The position numbers and the translations under genes were made by a program. Below the pieces are notes generated by a model. That model made no database searches, was not told the origin of the DNA, and worked only from the letters and a program-made list of their open reading frames with translations. A stretch of DNA of 63,185 nucleotides, filler included, from Neolecta irregularis DAH-3 (lineage: Eukaryota): NCBI GenBank assembly GCA_001929475.1. It is 7 parts of 7 records of this genome, joined end to end, with 100 filler letters (N's around TTAATTAATTAA, not from the genome) between each part and the next. Parts side by side here need not be neighbours in the genome. Positions count along the whole stretch, not along the records: positions 46,050 to 61,814 come from LXFE01002296.1; 6 more parts are not named here. The stretch is one strand, 5' to 3'. Shown piece after piece: positions 48,379 through 61,914 of the stretch; position 1 is the first letter of the stretch; each line of letters begins with the position of its first letter.

Positions 48379-49291
48379 CTAATTTGGCATGGCTTGCGTT
48401 GGGTTTTCAGGAACTGGATCGAGCGGAGGCAGCTGGGGGAACAGGTGACGTTTATCGACCAAACAACCTCTTTTTTCTGGGTTGGTGTAATATTCTGTTC
48501 AGTAAGAAAAACGACTTCAAACGGGAGCATACCAATATCACGCTTGTGGGTAGGCATAGCTCTTCTTGGTAGAACATTAAATTTTTCTGGCTTTAGAAGA
48601 GCTCTGAGATTGAGCTTGTTATAATACTCGCACACAATCTTCCCACCGAGATATTCAATTCGTCCGATTGCTGATTTTGAGGCTTGGGAGACATGGATCT
48701 CGATTTTGGATTTTAGGCGTTTTCTATGCTTGTCTTTGTCAGCGACCGATATAGAAAAGCTCATCTATACCGCTCCAAGAAGCTTGACTCCATCTTTGAT
48801 AACGTGCACACATCGTGTTTTCAACAAGTGTTTCATTGTAATTCGTTTCGATGCATCTAACCGACCTTCATCTATCCATTGCTGCAACTTGTCGAGATTC
48901 AGCACAGACAAACACTTAGCATTTCTTCCATTATTATATGTATGGTCACAAGTGTATACGGATTCTTGAAACCGACCTTGGGGAATAGCCTTGTGATAGG
49001 TGTTTGTCCACCTTCGAAAACCGGGGTCGGTTTTCTATTTCCTGATCTCGCTTTCTGTCCTTTATGGCCTCTTGTCGAAGTCTTGCCCATCCCAGAACCA
49101 GGGCCTCTACCGACTCGTTTGAGCTTGGTTCTGTTAGCATGAAATTCTTTGCACGGATCTTTTCAAACCTTTTTATACGACCCTTTGGTGTCACGCAGCG
49201 ACGCGAGCATCGACTCTGATCGACTCCGAGAATTCCAGATATTGGGTTTAAATGCTGAACATCGTGATAAAGGACTCAAGAGCCGCAACAT
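48379..49291 (-). CDS. MRPL10: Mitochondrial ribosomal protein uL15m, multi-exon
   Basis: [27 protein letters not shown]...[56 protein letters not shown]. Confidence 0.94.
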
Positions 49292-49426
49292 TGTAGTTGA
49301 TAACTTTGGAGATGAAGTCGAATTCCGACACTCACGTTGTTTCAAACTTTCAGCCCAAGACTGAAACTAACCTATCATTCCCAACTTTCGTGCATCCGAG
49401 AACAAACCCCAAAAGACCAAAAAGTA

Positions 49427-49845
49427 ATGTCTGGAGATCAACTCGACGATACTGCCGTAAGCGTCGAGTCTTTCACATCATTAACAATTCAGGTTACTGA
49501 ACCTTTCGATTTGGTCCGATTATCGCTTGATGAGCGGATCTTCGTGAAACTTCGAGGTGACAGAGAATTGAAAGGCAGATTGCATGTACAAAGGTTGGAA
49601 AGATGGCCCCTTTCTGATAAGAGTAGGCATATGATTCTCATTTGAATATGGTTCTTGGGGATGTAGAAGAATCGATCACTGTGGTGGATATTGACGAAGA
49701 CACCGAGATGGAAACAGTCAGGGTATGATGCCAAATGAGAGATACAGGTTATGCTAATTGCATACAGATTGTTAAAAAACGCTCCGAAATGTTGTTCGTC
49801 AGAGGAGACTCAGTCATCCTCGTTAGTCCGCCGACGCGGAGCTAG
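49427..49845 (+). CDS. LSM3: U6 snRNA-associated Sm-like protein Lsm3 (3 introns)
   Basis: [44 protein letters not shown]...[17 protein letters not shown]. Confidence 0.96.
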
Positions 49846-50122
49846 CTAATACCTGCTGAATACATGAGTTGTCTTCCTCAGTTCAACATTTGTCCTTTAT
49901 TAAAGGATGATTTCTAAGACAAGATTTCTCGAGAAGAGGAAACAGGTCATTTTCCCTTATAACTCCGAGTTTGTACAAGAGAATTCTAGAAGCGAGTCAG
50001 TCAATGACTCGCCCCTAGTACCCTTGCCAATATAGTTCATCATAAGAATAATACACAAGGTTCTTACGGACCGTCCTCCATTAATATACAATTACTAAAT
50101 TCCCCGCCATAACCTTCCCTTC

Positions 50123-52289
50123 ATGACTCAGAAACGCCCAGATACTTTCCCGGCGGATTCCGCCCAACAAGGGGATAAAGATAACGTGAAATTCAGACAG
50201 AGCTCCGATATAGACGATTTAATGGCTTTGGAGAATCTGGGATTGGCAGACGATGAAATTGTTTCAGTCAAGGTATTACGTCACTGTCTACATTGTTCAT
50301 CCATAAACTTAGGAATGCCTGTTATCTGGTTGTGGATATTCAAAAGAACGCCTCAAGCAAGAACTAGACTTCCGGATACGGAATGGGAGAGGCGAATGTC
50401 TCTTCGATATAGGGTTTGAGGGTATGATTCTACCTCTAGACAAAGAATTCACTATTGAAGAGAATGGGAAACTGATGAATCTTACCAAAGACGAATACCA
50501 AAGAGCGTTTGAGACTTTACAGGAAATTTCTGCTTCGATAGAGGCAAAATGCGTCGAGTTGAGCATTATGGGCCTGGCTAGAGGAGAAGCATCTTGCAAT
50601 GACAAAGGAGTGAGGGCAAAAATCATGATTCGCAAGATTGCCAAAGCTGCTGGTATTTTAAAAACTTGAACGTGCTCAATTACAGAGGAGATCCTAGAGA
50701 TTCGAGTTGCCGTGGTTGGAAATGTTGATTCAGGAAAATCGACCACTCTCGGAGTTCTGACGAAAAACTCATTGGACGATGGTCGAGGGAAAGCTCGAGT
50801 AAATCTCTTCAGGTGCCAGACTGGTATTAAGCAACTCTGAGTGTAGGCATAAACACGAAATTGAATCTGGTCGGACCTCAAGTGTGGGAATGGAAATCCT
50901 CGGATTCAGTGCCGCTTCTGAAGCGGTATCAGGAAGTGTAGGAGGACGTAAACTCTCTTGGGAAGAAATCTCGAAAAAGGCCAGCAAGCTTATTTGTACG
51001 TTCATCATTTGGAGATGCTTACAATCAGCCTTTGTTGATTTGGCTGGTCATGAAAAATACCTAAAGACTACCGTTTTTGGAATGACTGGATGCGCTCCAG
51101 GTATGATTTTCTCTAAGGTATTCACTTACTTATCCCAAGATTATGTTATGCTCATGGTCGGAGCGAATGCTGGTCTTGTTGGAATGTCAAAGGAACATCT
51201 CGGACTCGCCTTGGCATTGAATGTTCCTGTATTCGTGGTAATCACAAAAATTGATATGGTATTCTGCAAGCCCTCGCTTTTACCTCCTTAGGCTCTTAGT
51301 GCCCTCCGAACGTGCTCGAGCAAACCATAAAACAATTGACAAGAATTCTCAAATCCCCTGGATGTAGAAAAATCCCCATCTACATTAATTCTATGACAGA
51401 AGTCGTCTCGACTGCCGTAAGCGCCTAACTGTTTGCCAAACTGATATTTAGAGTCATTTTGTTAGTGAGCGGGTTTGCCCAATCTTTCAAATTTCCAATG
51501 TCACTGGCCTCAACCTTGAGCTTCTGCGAACCTTCTTGAATATTATTCCCTTTCATGGTGAGTACCATACGGATCAGCCGCTGGAATATGCAATTAGGTA
51601 TGGCACTGTTATTGATATGGTCTTACTTTAGTGATACTTTTTCTGTTCCTTTCGTTGGATGTGTCGTTAGTGGGGTCGTGAACCGAGGTATAGCTATCCT
51701 ATTTCTTTGACTGATTTTGAAGGCATCGTGGTAAACCTAAATTAGAGCATTCACGCAAATTGACCAATATAGCATGTCGGTGACAACCTTCTCATTGGAC
51801 CCGATGCATCGGACCAATTCATTCCAACATCCGTTAGAAGTATTCAAAGAAAACGAGTGAATGTCCCATGTGCTTCAGCAGGACAGTCTGCTTCTTTTGC
51901 ATTAAAGAAACTTCGACGTCGAGATGTTCGAAAGGGAATGTTCCTTCTTTCAAATCAAACCCCACTACCTAGAGCGTCTCGTGAATTCCTCGCAGAAGTT
52001 CTGGTTCTATATCATCAGACTACCATCAAGCCAAAATATCAAGCGATGTTGCACACTAGTGGAACAGCGCAGACGGCGCAGATTGTAAGTATCGATAAAC
52101 CAATCCTGAGGACGGGCGACCGTGGACTTGTTCGATTCAGGTTCATGCAAAGAGCGTATGCATCCTTCTTTCCTTTGTGCACTGATGTCAAGAGAATATC
52201 TACAACCGGGTTCTCGAATATTATTTCGGGAGGGTCGAACTAAAGGACTTGGAGTTGTCAAAGAACTCTACCACGACAAAGGTGCGTGA
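50123..52289 (+). CDS. GTPBP1: GTP-binding protein 1/2 family translational GTPase, many exons
   Basis: [94 protein letters not shown]. Confidence 0.93.
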
Positions 52290-52399
52290 CTTTGGGGTAA
52301 TCAGCCTGGTTTGGCGGTAAAGAGTCTGATTTTTGTGTGCCTATACTATGATACATTTTTTGTTAGAGACTTAGGAGTTCTATTTAAAATATTTACCTT

Positions 52400-53674
52400 A
52401 TTTACGTGTCCTCCTTCTATTCCATAGCGCCGCATCGGTTACAACAATGATAAATGATATAATACAGATAGCAATCATACCAAAAAAGGCGCCAGTCTAT
52501 TCATTAGGAAGGAACTAATGATAAATTCGTACCTGCATTTCACACAACGAGGCTAATGATGATCCTGAATCACTGCAGTTCATATGCGATATCCTAATCG
52601 GCAGACCATCCATTTTCTTGAAATGGCAAGTTACCCCCACCCAGAGAATAAGTAACAATGGCGACATTGTAGCTGCTAATCAATCTCGACCTCATAGAGA
52701 GCCGTACCTTCCAAAAAACGACGAAAGAGATAAAGTTTCTCCAATGCAGAACCAGTAAAAAATGATGGCTGTATAAAAAAGAACACTTCTTTGTGAGAAC
52801 CAGCCAGGAAAACGGATTTACATGTTGCCGCTATAGAGCCTATGACTCCAGCAATCAAAGCCATGACTGCTGGTAGTCTCTCATACGGTATGTATGTCTC
52901 CTGGGTTAGATGAAGACTGCGTGCGAGCAAAGTAATAACAACTACACTGAATAAATAAACATTCCCTGCATGAAGTATTTGAACAAACCATAACACAAAT
53001 TCTACCGCCCAGCAAAAAGCACGAGTAGCAGCAAGAGACGTATCGATGGCTTCACCCGTATGGGTTTCCCGCTCCGTTGTTTGTATATCCATTTGCGAAT
53101 CGCCTATGGAAAGATTTCTTTCTTTCTTGGGCCAGAAAACCACATGAGTCCTTTTCGGGCTGGCCACCGAACTAACTCGATCCCCAGGATGAGGAAAATG
53201 AGCGGAATCAGGTGGTAGAATAATACAGAAGTTCGAATTGTGACGTGATCCACAGTCCGTGCTTGCAATCCGCGAATCTAGTTGAGGCGTGATAATTGGA
53301 GATAAGGGAGAATTGTTCTTCGATTGATCTATCGCAGTATACGAAGGATCAACGTAGCTAGTACTTTCGTGTACACGATCTATTGGGGTTTGCACGCTGT
53401 CGAAATAATTGTAATGTGAGGTGTCGACGTCTTTCTGGCTGCGGGATGAGGTTTCGCCTTGTGTGCTCCCGTCGTTGGAATGTTGTGGAATTCGCAACTT
53501 CTGGAGGATCATGAGGTGATCTGTAGGTATGACGACCGATATTGGATAATATACGTTAAGGTGCAACTGCCGAACCAGAAAGAGGGAGAAACTGCGGTCC
53601 TTTAAATAGAATTGGACCTTTGACAGAACGAGTTGGCGAACCTGGGAAACAACGATGCCGACCACGCTGACCAA
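52400..53674 (-). CDS. Hypothetical membrane protein (Ser-rich region followed by several TM helices); possible further exons to ~54800
   Basis: 332-codon ORF with C-terminal hydrophobic segments and a downstream hydrophobic exon (APFFGMIAICIISFIIVV); no family recognised. Boundaries approximate. Confidence 0.45.
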
Positions 53675-55317
53675 TAACGGATGTCCTCAGAATAATTGAT
53701 CCTGAAAGCGCGTAGCTGCAGCGCCAAGCCTACCAAAAGTCGTTTTTCGATAAAATCTGACGGATGACCAACTTCGCAAGGCGTTAAAACCACTCTTATT
53801 GATCGACTAGACGTTATAGTAGAATTAAACTGTCATTGGGTTTCGATAATACAACTGAATCAGACTCAGGGACAAATCTCAAACAGTTTTCTTTCCAGCC
53901 TTTTCTTTTGGCGTGTGAAACTGCGAGGTTACCCGCTATTCCAAACTTAGCTCTTCTGAAGTGTTTCGACTTGTTCTGGACCGTAAAAAACATGCTGCAA
54001 ATCCTGTTTAATTTTGAAACCAAGGAATGTCGGGCCAATAAATTTGTATCTCGTGGTGGAGTATATTGAACCCATTTGACGGCTCTGTATCCACCAGTAA
54101 ACTAGATCTAGCGCTGTAACAAGAGGGAATACTATACCCATGTTCTGGTGAGCCCTCTTCAAATTTTGCTTTAATAGAACGATCTATATGGCTGATAAAA
54201 CTCGTTAAATCTTGTTGTAACCGTGACGTCTTTCGTAAAGGAATAAGACGGACCGGCTCTCTCTCCAAGATTGACCCATCAAGTATCCACGAAATCCATG
54301 AGTTTTTTCTGACTGATTCAGCTTTATGTTTTCTCGATAGAACCCATCTATCCCGGGAAATAGTCGATCAAGTATCCTTACATCTTTTTAATCCTTGCCA
54401 CTTAACTGTGAAGATTCACCATCCATGTGTCCCCTGCCAACGCCATAAGTAGACCACTAGATGGAGATCCAGTGGTGGCAAAATTGTCAAAAGACCCGGC
54501 TCGGATGGATCTCGGACATTCAACGATGGAGCTCACAAATGGCTCCAGTGTGAAATGTTTAGGGTGAAAAGAAAGACCGACCAATCCAAAGACTCTAGAG
54601 GCTGCTGCATCTATCTCACTTGTCTCTCTTTGATTTCAGATGTATTTGGTTCAATATAGGTATATCGATTGATGGGGATACGGTGAAAGTCACGTCGTTA
54701 GCCAATACGAACAAGTCATGTGGCTGTTTCACAGCTGTTGCAACCTGCCTCAACGTCCAGTTTCACATTCGTTGCTTCCTAGTTTGCAAGGATTCTACAT
54801 AGACTATATCAGTCCAAAGAACCTATCATTTGGGCAATGGACAAAATCATTCATGATTGTCTCTTTAGAATATTCTTAGAATTCAGGGAGTGATTAATCT
54901 TCGAACATTTTTAAGACTATTCGGATTCTCACACATATAATGGTTTCATAGCTCTGATCGCTTTTTTGGACTCGGTGTCCAGCGAGAGATACTATAATGC
55001 CAGCGAACACAACTTGAATCCCAACAATCAGCCTATCACTTGTTATACACAACACAGTATTTCTTCTGTGATATCTAACAGGCATACCCCGGCAGTATTC
55101 AGGAACACGCAAGAGATTATTGGGAGGTACACTTTTATGATGTGCTGTAATATTCAGCAAGCGAACGGGATCAGACAGAGTACAACGACTTCCAATTCTT
55201 ATATTCGCTTTTTCTCATGCCATGAAGGCGATGAAAAAAAAGAACCAGATTTCAGCCGGCGAATAGAGTCAAACTCAATAGGTTTGCCTACGGCAGGGAT
55301 TGACGTTTTCATCACGA

Positions 55318-56219
55318 TAATGATCAACACTCATCAGGGGTTAACTTTCTCACTATATTCATTGCACAACACCTATCAGCTTCGTCAGAGGAAGATTGTG
55401 CACCGACCCGATTTGGCGGACAACCAAGGTGTATGGTGTCGATTGGTTCAGCAAAGTCGCTGTGCATCCAATAGATTTCACATCTATCGCTCCTCTTTGT
55501 CATCGACGAAGGTATGGTCACACGTCCACCTAATTTGCAGTTTGTCTATTATTACGCCAGATATCATCCAGAGAAGGAGACAACGTATAAACTGCTTATC
55601 AGCAGCCCTGGGATTGAGTAAGAATTCACAGCAAATTAGTTCGCGTCCTTCACCTCCTTTGTTTGAAATTTGTGCAGAAGCAAATGTATTGTTTAACACC
55701 CCATCCACATCACCTACCGTGCCATGGATCTTGGCTCATGACTGTTTCAAAGTGTACACCCTCGCGATGCTCGGAGATGCTGAACCCCTTGCGGAACCAT
55801 CGGCTTTCTTTCAGACACGGAGGACTCTCGTGGATTGAATCTATTGGTAATTCCATCCTTCCTAGTGTCTTTGAAACGGATATATAAAGCACCGAGGGAA
55901 CTCAAGCCATCATTCAATTCAAGGTACTCTAGGAGCAGTATCTCCAACAACCACTCAATTACCTCCTTGTTTGTCGCTTGGTATGGCTCGAGGTGGTGAG
56001 TCCTGCCTCTTAATGATCAAACAACTAACTAGTTCTACAGCACAAAATCCAAATTCCTCTCGATCTAGTCAATTGGATCATCCCATTCCATCGTTCGTTC
56101 CAATTCGTCCACGACCGCCTACTTTAGATCCGAATGCCCCAAGAGTGGGCTATGGATATCGTCCGGCGTCTTCTTCTCAGGCAAACCCGACAAGCTCTAT
56201 GAATGAGGGTCGGAGATGA
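55318..56219 (+). CDS. Hypothetical multi-exon protein; start uncertain
   Basis: Plus-strand introns (GTATGG..TGCAG, GTAAGA.., GTGAGT..ACTAACTAG) link coding-like segments (RCASNRFHIYRSS-FVYYYARYHPEKETTYKLLISSPG) to a Pro-rich last exon. Confidence 0.4.
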
Positions 56220-56671
56220 ACATTATGAACATTAAGTTTTTTCTTTTAGTTTTTGGGTCCTTATGGTCGGTTATGGGATTCGGTCATTGGTCTTCGTATT
56301 TTAAATAGACGGCATAGAAATGAAAAAAAAGATTTTATGGACATTTGCAGGAAACCGTAAAGTAGATCAACGTGCTTATAATATATTTGCGCTTATTCAA
56401 GATACAATCAACTGATGATGTTTACAAGGCACAAGTTTCTACTTTTACGAAACTTCCAATTAACTTCATAGAACGTTCTAACAGAATCCCGGGGTTTTCT
56501 TTTTCAACTTGCCGAAGCGAGAGAAAAGGAAGAAAGTATAATTGAATTACTACTTTCTCCAAGAGTTTCTTACAAGACCTTCCCGCCAATACACCAAATC
56601 CTTGAAAATACTGAAGAGAACGACCGAAAAAGCTATAGTATGCCAAAAGTCTAACCAAGTTCATGTCAACA

Positions 56672-57508
56672 TTAAACATCTTGGAATTCAAGGAGAGGTT
56701 CCCCAATAATCGTGATCTCAGGGATTGTACATTTCAAATCGAAAGCTTTTGAAAGTACAATTTTGAAAATCTAGCATAAATTATTACTCATAATGGACAA
56801 TACTTTCTGGACGTTAATTGAGTGTGATGTTGATGAGAATATCAACGATGCTTTCATTGCCTTAGCAAACCGTCTAGCCTGAAACCGGTCAAACGATGGC
56901 TTTCAAATGGTGTAAACCTGTTTCGTAATCTCCTCTTGATCCTCTTTTGGGAAATTCACAAAGTGATCATACTTGGTGCCGACAAGGAATGGAATTGCAG
57001 TCTTGGAAGGTTAATCTATGATGAGGAGACGAAGGCAGTACCTTGTTAAATCCTCTGGCTTGCCTGTACCATTCTTTTATGCTGTTAAGCGTCGATTTCC
57101 GGCTCAGATCGAACATGAAGAGTATTGCGACTGCATCATTACAAACAAGGGGCAGCATGTTAACAAATTCCCGCTGACCTGGATGTTAAACAAGTTCTTC
57201 GTGGAGGGATAGACACACCGCCCAAATCCCATATTGAAAATGTAATTTCGGTGTTTCTGATTGAGATGGTCTTTTCCATGAAATTTACGCCTAGATTCAT
57301 CAATATAGACTTGAGATACGGCAATAAACCAAGTGTCTGGATGTAATCTTCATCAAAGCTCCCCTCGACATATTTTACCATCAGCGAAGTCTTTCCAATC
57401 TGACTATCGCCCACCATGCCCACCTTTAGCACAACACTGCCGTTGTCAATTTTTCTGAACCGTGGTGCTATCATACTTGTTCTTCTTGGTTGGGTCTTGT
57501 TGAGACAT
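56672..57508 (-). CDS. SPG1: Septation/mitotic exit GTPase Spg1/Tem1, multi-exon
   Basis: [85 protein letters not shown]. Confidence 0.96.
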
Positions 57509-57886
57509 ATAGTGGTAGAAGACTCGCGAGTTGTTGTTAAGTCAGGGATGGATTCGACGCTAAAGAACAAGCAGGAAACCACCCGGCCTTTGAATGAGAT
57601 GGAGATCCTGGCCCGGGCTAGTGAAGGTCTAACCAGATATTACTTTATTCCTGAAGGGCGAATGCAATTGAATGATTCGAACAGACTGCCGCGCGATGGA
57701 GAATTGGAATCTGTCAATACTAGTCACAGGGCCATATACTTTTAACTCATCGCGCTCTTTTGCATACATGAATTTTCCATATATCGCTTTCCAGCACTTC
57801 CCTGTTAATACATAGTATATAATATCGACAAGTACCGAAATGTGATTGGATGTTTCACCCAAAAAAGCTTCTGAGCAATAACCACC

Positions 57887-60289
57887 ATGGTCTGGCAACA
57901 CCTGTCAATAAACAGGCATGCACTTTTGCTGCTGAGCACAGCATTAACCTAGAATCATAGACCGCATCTGGTATATGCAATCCTGGGGGGCTCCATTTCC
58001 ATCTTTTCGCTCATCTCTCTTTTTGTCAAAGAAAAACTGTATATCGGCGAGGCAAGTATGTTCCACTCTTCTTTGAACTCGACTTATCACTACAGCTGTG
58101 GCGACTCTCGTCGGGATTATCTTTGGCCCTCATGCCCTGAATCTGTTCGATCCTCTTTCATGGGGAAACGCAGATCAGATTACCCTCGAGTTTAGTAGGA
58201 TCGCTCTTATCGTACAAGTCTTTGCTGTGGGAGTCGAACTTCCGAATGCATATATGGCACGCCACGCATGGAGTCTCTTCATCTTGTTGGTTCCGGTCAT
58301 GGCGACTGGTTGGATTGTCTCTAGTGTTATATTCTTTCTTCTCCTTCCAAAGCTCAGTTTTGTACCCGCTATTTATCGGCTCATACTGAAAGTAGGTGGA
58401 AAGTCTCGTTGCAGGTGCATGTATTACGGCCACAGACCCCATACTAGCGTCTTCCATCGTTGGTAAAGGAAAATTCGCGAAGAGAGTCCCGGGACATCTT
58501 CGAAACCTTCTTTCCGCGGAATCCGGATGCAACGATGGAATGGCCTTCCCGTTCCTTTATCTCGCACTATATATCATCCAGAATAATCAAGCTGGAGCAG
58601 CCTTGAAAGATTGGGTTCTCATTACTGTTCTTTACGAAGTTGTATTCGGCTGCTTTCTGGGCGCAGTTATTGGTATAGCAGGACGCAAATTAGTCAAATT
58701 CGCAGAGCGAAACAGTCTTATTGACAGAGAAAGTTTTTTGGTAATTTATCTTACCATCTCACTTTTCTGTGCTGGTATCGGAACGATCATCGGTACAGAT
58801 GATCTGCTAGTATCGTTCGCTGCTGGCACTGCATTTGCCTGGGAGTATGCTCTGTATTTTTTTTCACTCTAATGTTCACCTTAGCGGATGGTTCACTCAA
58901 AAAACGGAAGAGTCTCATGTTTCAAACGTTATTGACCTGTTGCTCAACTTATCATTTTTCATATTTTTCGGTGCAGCCATTCCCTGGGAACAGTTTAATG
59001 CACCCGAATTCGGTCTCGTCCCATGGCGTCTCATAGTGATTGCTATCCTCATTATGATATTTCGCCGGATACCGGCAATTCTGCTGGCCAAGCCATTCAC
59101 TCCTGATATTAAATCATGGAGAGAAGCCCGTATGACGCCTGCATTTGTGGGGTTTCTAATGCGATAGTGTTTTGTGGACATTTTGGACCAATCGGCGTAG
59201 GTGCAATATTCGTAAGCATTCTTGCTCGAGCAGAGTTAGAAACGGATACGACTACTCCTTTAGCACATCTTCCAGCGGATCCAACGATCCATAATTATTA
59301 TGCAATTCGAATCATATGGCCATTGATCACATTCATTGTGCTTACATCGGTGAGAGTGTGATAGAATCTTCTTTAATTACTAGATTCTCATTCATGGTTC
59401 ATCTATTGCTGTCTTTACTCTTGGGAAACATCTCAACTCTCTAAGTTTTACAATCTCTTATACTCGAGAAAACACCCTTGATAACCCCACCTGGCTGGAC
59501 CGGCTTCCCCGTATCGAACTTGGTCAGTCTACGTCGAAAGCAAAACCAGACGAGGAGAGGAATTGCAGACGTAGCCGCAGCAATTCTCGTCGGAGCATTC
59601 AATTTTTCGATGAACAGAAAGAGGAACAAGGGGAACAGCTATCAGAATCAACTCTTGGCATACTTGATCCTGGTGATGAAGTCTACCAAGAGGGTGACAT
59701 GATCATTATTGAAAATTCAGAAGGCGAGGTTGTCAAGAAACTTAAAAGTGATGCTTCCACAGACAATTTTATCAAAAATATTTTCCCCAATGTCAAATGG
59801 GAAGAAGCGAAAGCCATTGCAGAAGATCCAAATCATCCCATGCACGGAAAGCTAGCTGGTTTCTTGAAAAGCATCACTAAAGATATTGCGGGTGAACAAT
59901 CTCTTGATGTCACCACCATGGAAAACGAGCCATCGTGCAGTTCAACCTCTCGAATGATCAGAGTTGGAAGTGATGAACGGATAACGGCTGCTGCGACGAA
60001 AGAGAGCGAAGAAGCCGCCAAGAAGGAACGGGCGGAAGAAACCGAGGCTGAAAGGCGGAGGAGAGAAGCTGTTCTTCATGGTAGTGAAGAAAGCGAAGAT
60101 GAGGTTTCATTCCAGGAATCGCCATTAGAAGTACAAGAGGATAATAGTCACGATTCGGCAGAACCTCTGACTCTTGATGAATCTTCTCCCCGGATAACGT
60201 TTGACCGGGATGTACGTACAGGTCAAGTTGAGCCTGGGTATTCAATCTATCAGAGAAGAGACAATAGAGGTAGAGGCCGTGGCGGTTAG
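57887..60289 (+). CDS. NHA1: Plasma-membrane Na+(K+)/H+ antiporter Nha1/Sod22 (CPA1), multi-exon
   Basis: MVWQHLSINRPHLVY, KEKLYIGEA, TATDPILASSIVGKGKFA, ESGCNDG, TDDLLVSF, GHFGPIGVGA, long hydrophilic C-tail. Confidence 0.95.
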
Positions 60290-60442
60290 GTATCTTGCCC
60301 AAAGGAGTATATGCTTCTTTTAGATCTTTGGACTTGGAATTAGTGGGGTTTAATTTGTAATGACGATTTTGACGATTTTGTAATGTTAAGGAGTTTGTGA
60401 AAGGGATGTGACATTATATATGGCTATTTAAGATTATTACTA

Positions 60443-61814
60443 TTAGTGACTATCGCTTGGAGCGCTTGCTAAATCTTTACTCAAAATATTCCAGCTGTCG
60501 ACTTGTAGTTGCGCATGTCTGACTCTTTCGGTTGCATATTCTTGCAACATCTTTCCCACATGAACCTGTCGCGCTTGGAAGTAGGTTAATTCTTCCTTGA
60601 GACACAGTCGAATTAGTTGATTACGTTTCTTCTCATCAATGACAGCTTGTTTATTCTTTGATCAAGATACGGGTGTGAAAAAACGGAGGGTACCTTTGCG
60701 ATCTGGTGCTCAAGATTTTCAATTTCGCCTTCCTTGGGTGGTTCTTTCCGTTCCTTTATAATCGCAATCTTCTTCACCAAGGCATCGATATGTCTCTCCC
60801 AACCGGTTATTTTATCAACGTCTTTATCCCTCCGCTCGAAAACTTGCCTTAACGAAATAATGATATCGCGTTCCATTTTCAGATCTTGTAGAATGCCTTG
60901 ATCCCAGGCGTGAGATTCATCGTCTAATAGTCCTGTAATTTTTAGAAAGGTCTTTGATGTATAGGAAAGGCTAGGTGACACGCCATTTGTTCCAGGGACT
61001 GAACATAGCAATGGGTATCCAGATAGTCTGCCTAGAGACATGGAGATGCGTTTATAATCACTTGAACAAGATCTTTTGCGTGTTATGAGGTTTTCAAAGA
61101 GGTGACAAAGTGTACTTTGCAGTCAGACATGAAGAGAGCGGAAAAAAGTACACATAGGTGTCTAGAGCACCGGAGAGTTCGCGTTTCAGTATTTCGACTC
61201 TACTTTCCAGATCTTTGGGAATTAGAGATTCGTAGTGTGTTGGGATCTCCGATCCGAGAAACTCTTCCTGGATGGAGACGGAAGTTTGTTTTCGCCACAA
61301 GGAGAGATCCTGCGGGGTCAGAACTTTAAAGACTCGCGGATACTGCGGGAACTGTGAGGAACATGATGACAAGGTACTCGTTCTTCAGCGCCGGGTGTCT
61401 GATGACTGCGTTGATAAATCTGCTCAGACCCCGCCGTCGTTGCTCGATAAACGAGTTTCCGGCTGCCAAATAGTGTCCATTAACTGCAGAATCAGCGGAA
61501 GACGGCGGGGAGCGGGGTACGTGCGAAACGCTTTGGTGCTGGAAATCAGCAGAGGACTAAACATAGAAAATACGCAGAAGCGGGATTGTACGATACGGAT
61601 AGCGCGAGAGCAGCGACGCCGACAACCAGACAAAGTCGCTGTAGCGGCGAACGACCTGGGATGCTTTGCGCGCAGAGGTGAGCTGGTAGTTGACATGCTT
61701 GAATCCAAGGATTCCTTCTTTCTCTGGCACAACCGAGACTGCGACATGGTCTGATTCGCCTGAGCCAGTAATGGCCAGCGGCCGCGCACTCTGCTCCGGG
61801 TTCACGGAGGGCGC
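60443..61814 (-). CDS. MVP1: Sorting nexin Mvp1 (PX-BAR), 5' end truncated by the gap
   Basis: [15 protein letters not shown]...[11 protein letters not shown]...[12 protein letters not shown] domain; [25 protein letters not shown] region. Confidence 0.92.
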
Positions 61815-61914
61815 NNNNNNNNNNNNNNNNNNNNNNNNNNNNNNNNNNNNNNNNNNNNTTAATTAATTAANNNNNNNNNNNNNNNNNNNNNNNNNNNNNN
61901 NNNNNNNNNNNNNN
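61815..61914. other. Artificial contig linker
   Basis: 44 N + TTAATTAATTAA + 44 N. Confidence 0.97.

Noticed and set aside
46764..49291. uL6m and uL15m close together on one strand, like a relic of the bacterial spc operon
   Set aside because: The order is reversed relative to the operon, both genes have introns and their own presequences, and the intervening operon genes are absent; chance proximity is more likely.
31994..61914. Six identical TTAATTAATTAA motifs embedded in N runs
   Set aside because: Artificial all-frame-stop linkers used to concatenate contigs; not a biological repeat, CRISPR or piggyBac TTAA site.
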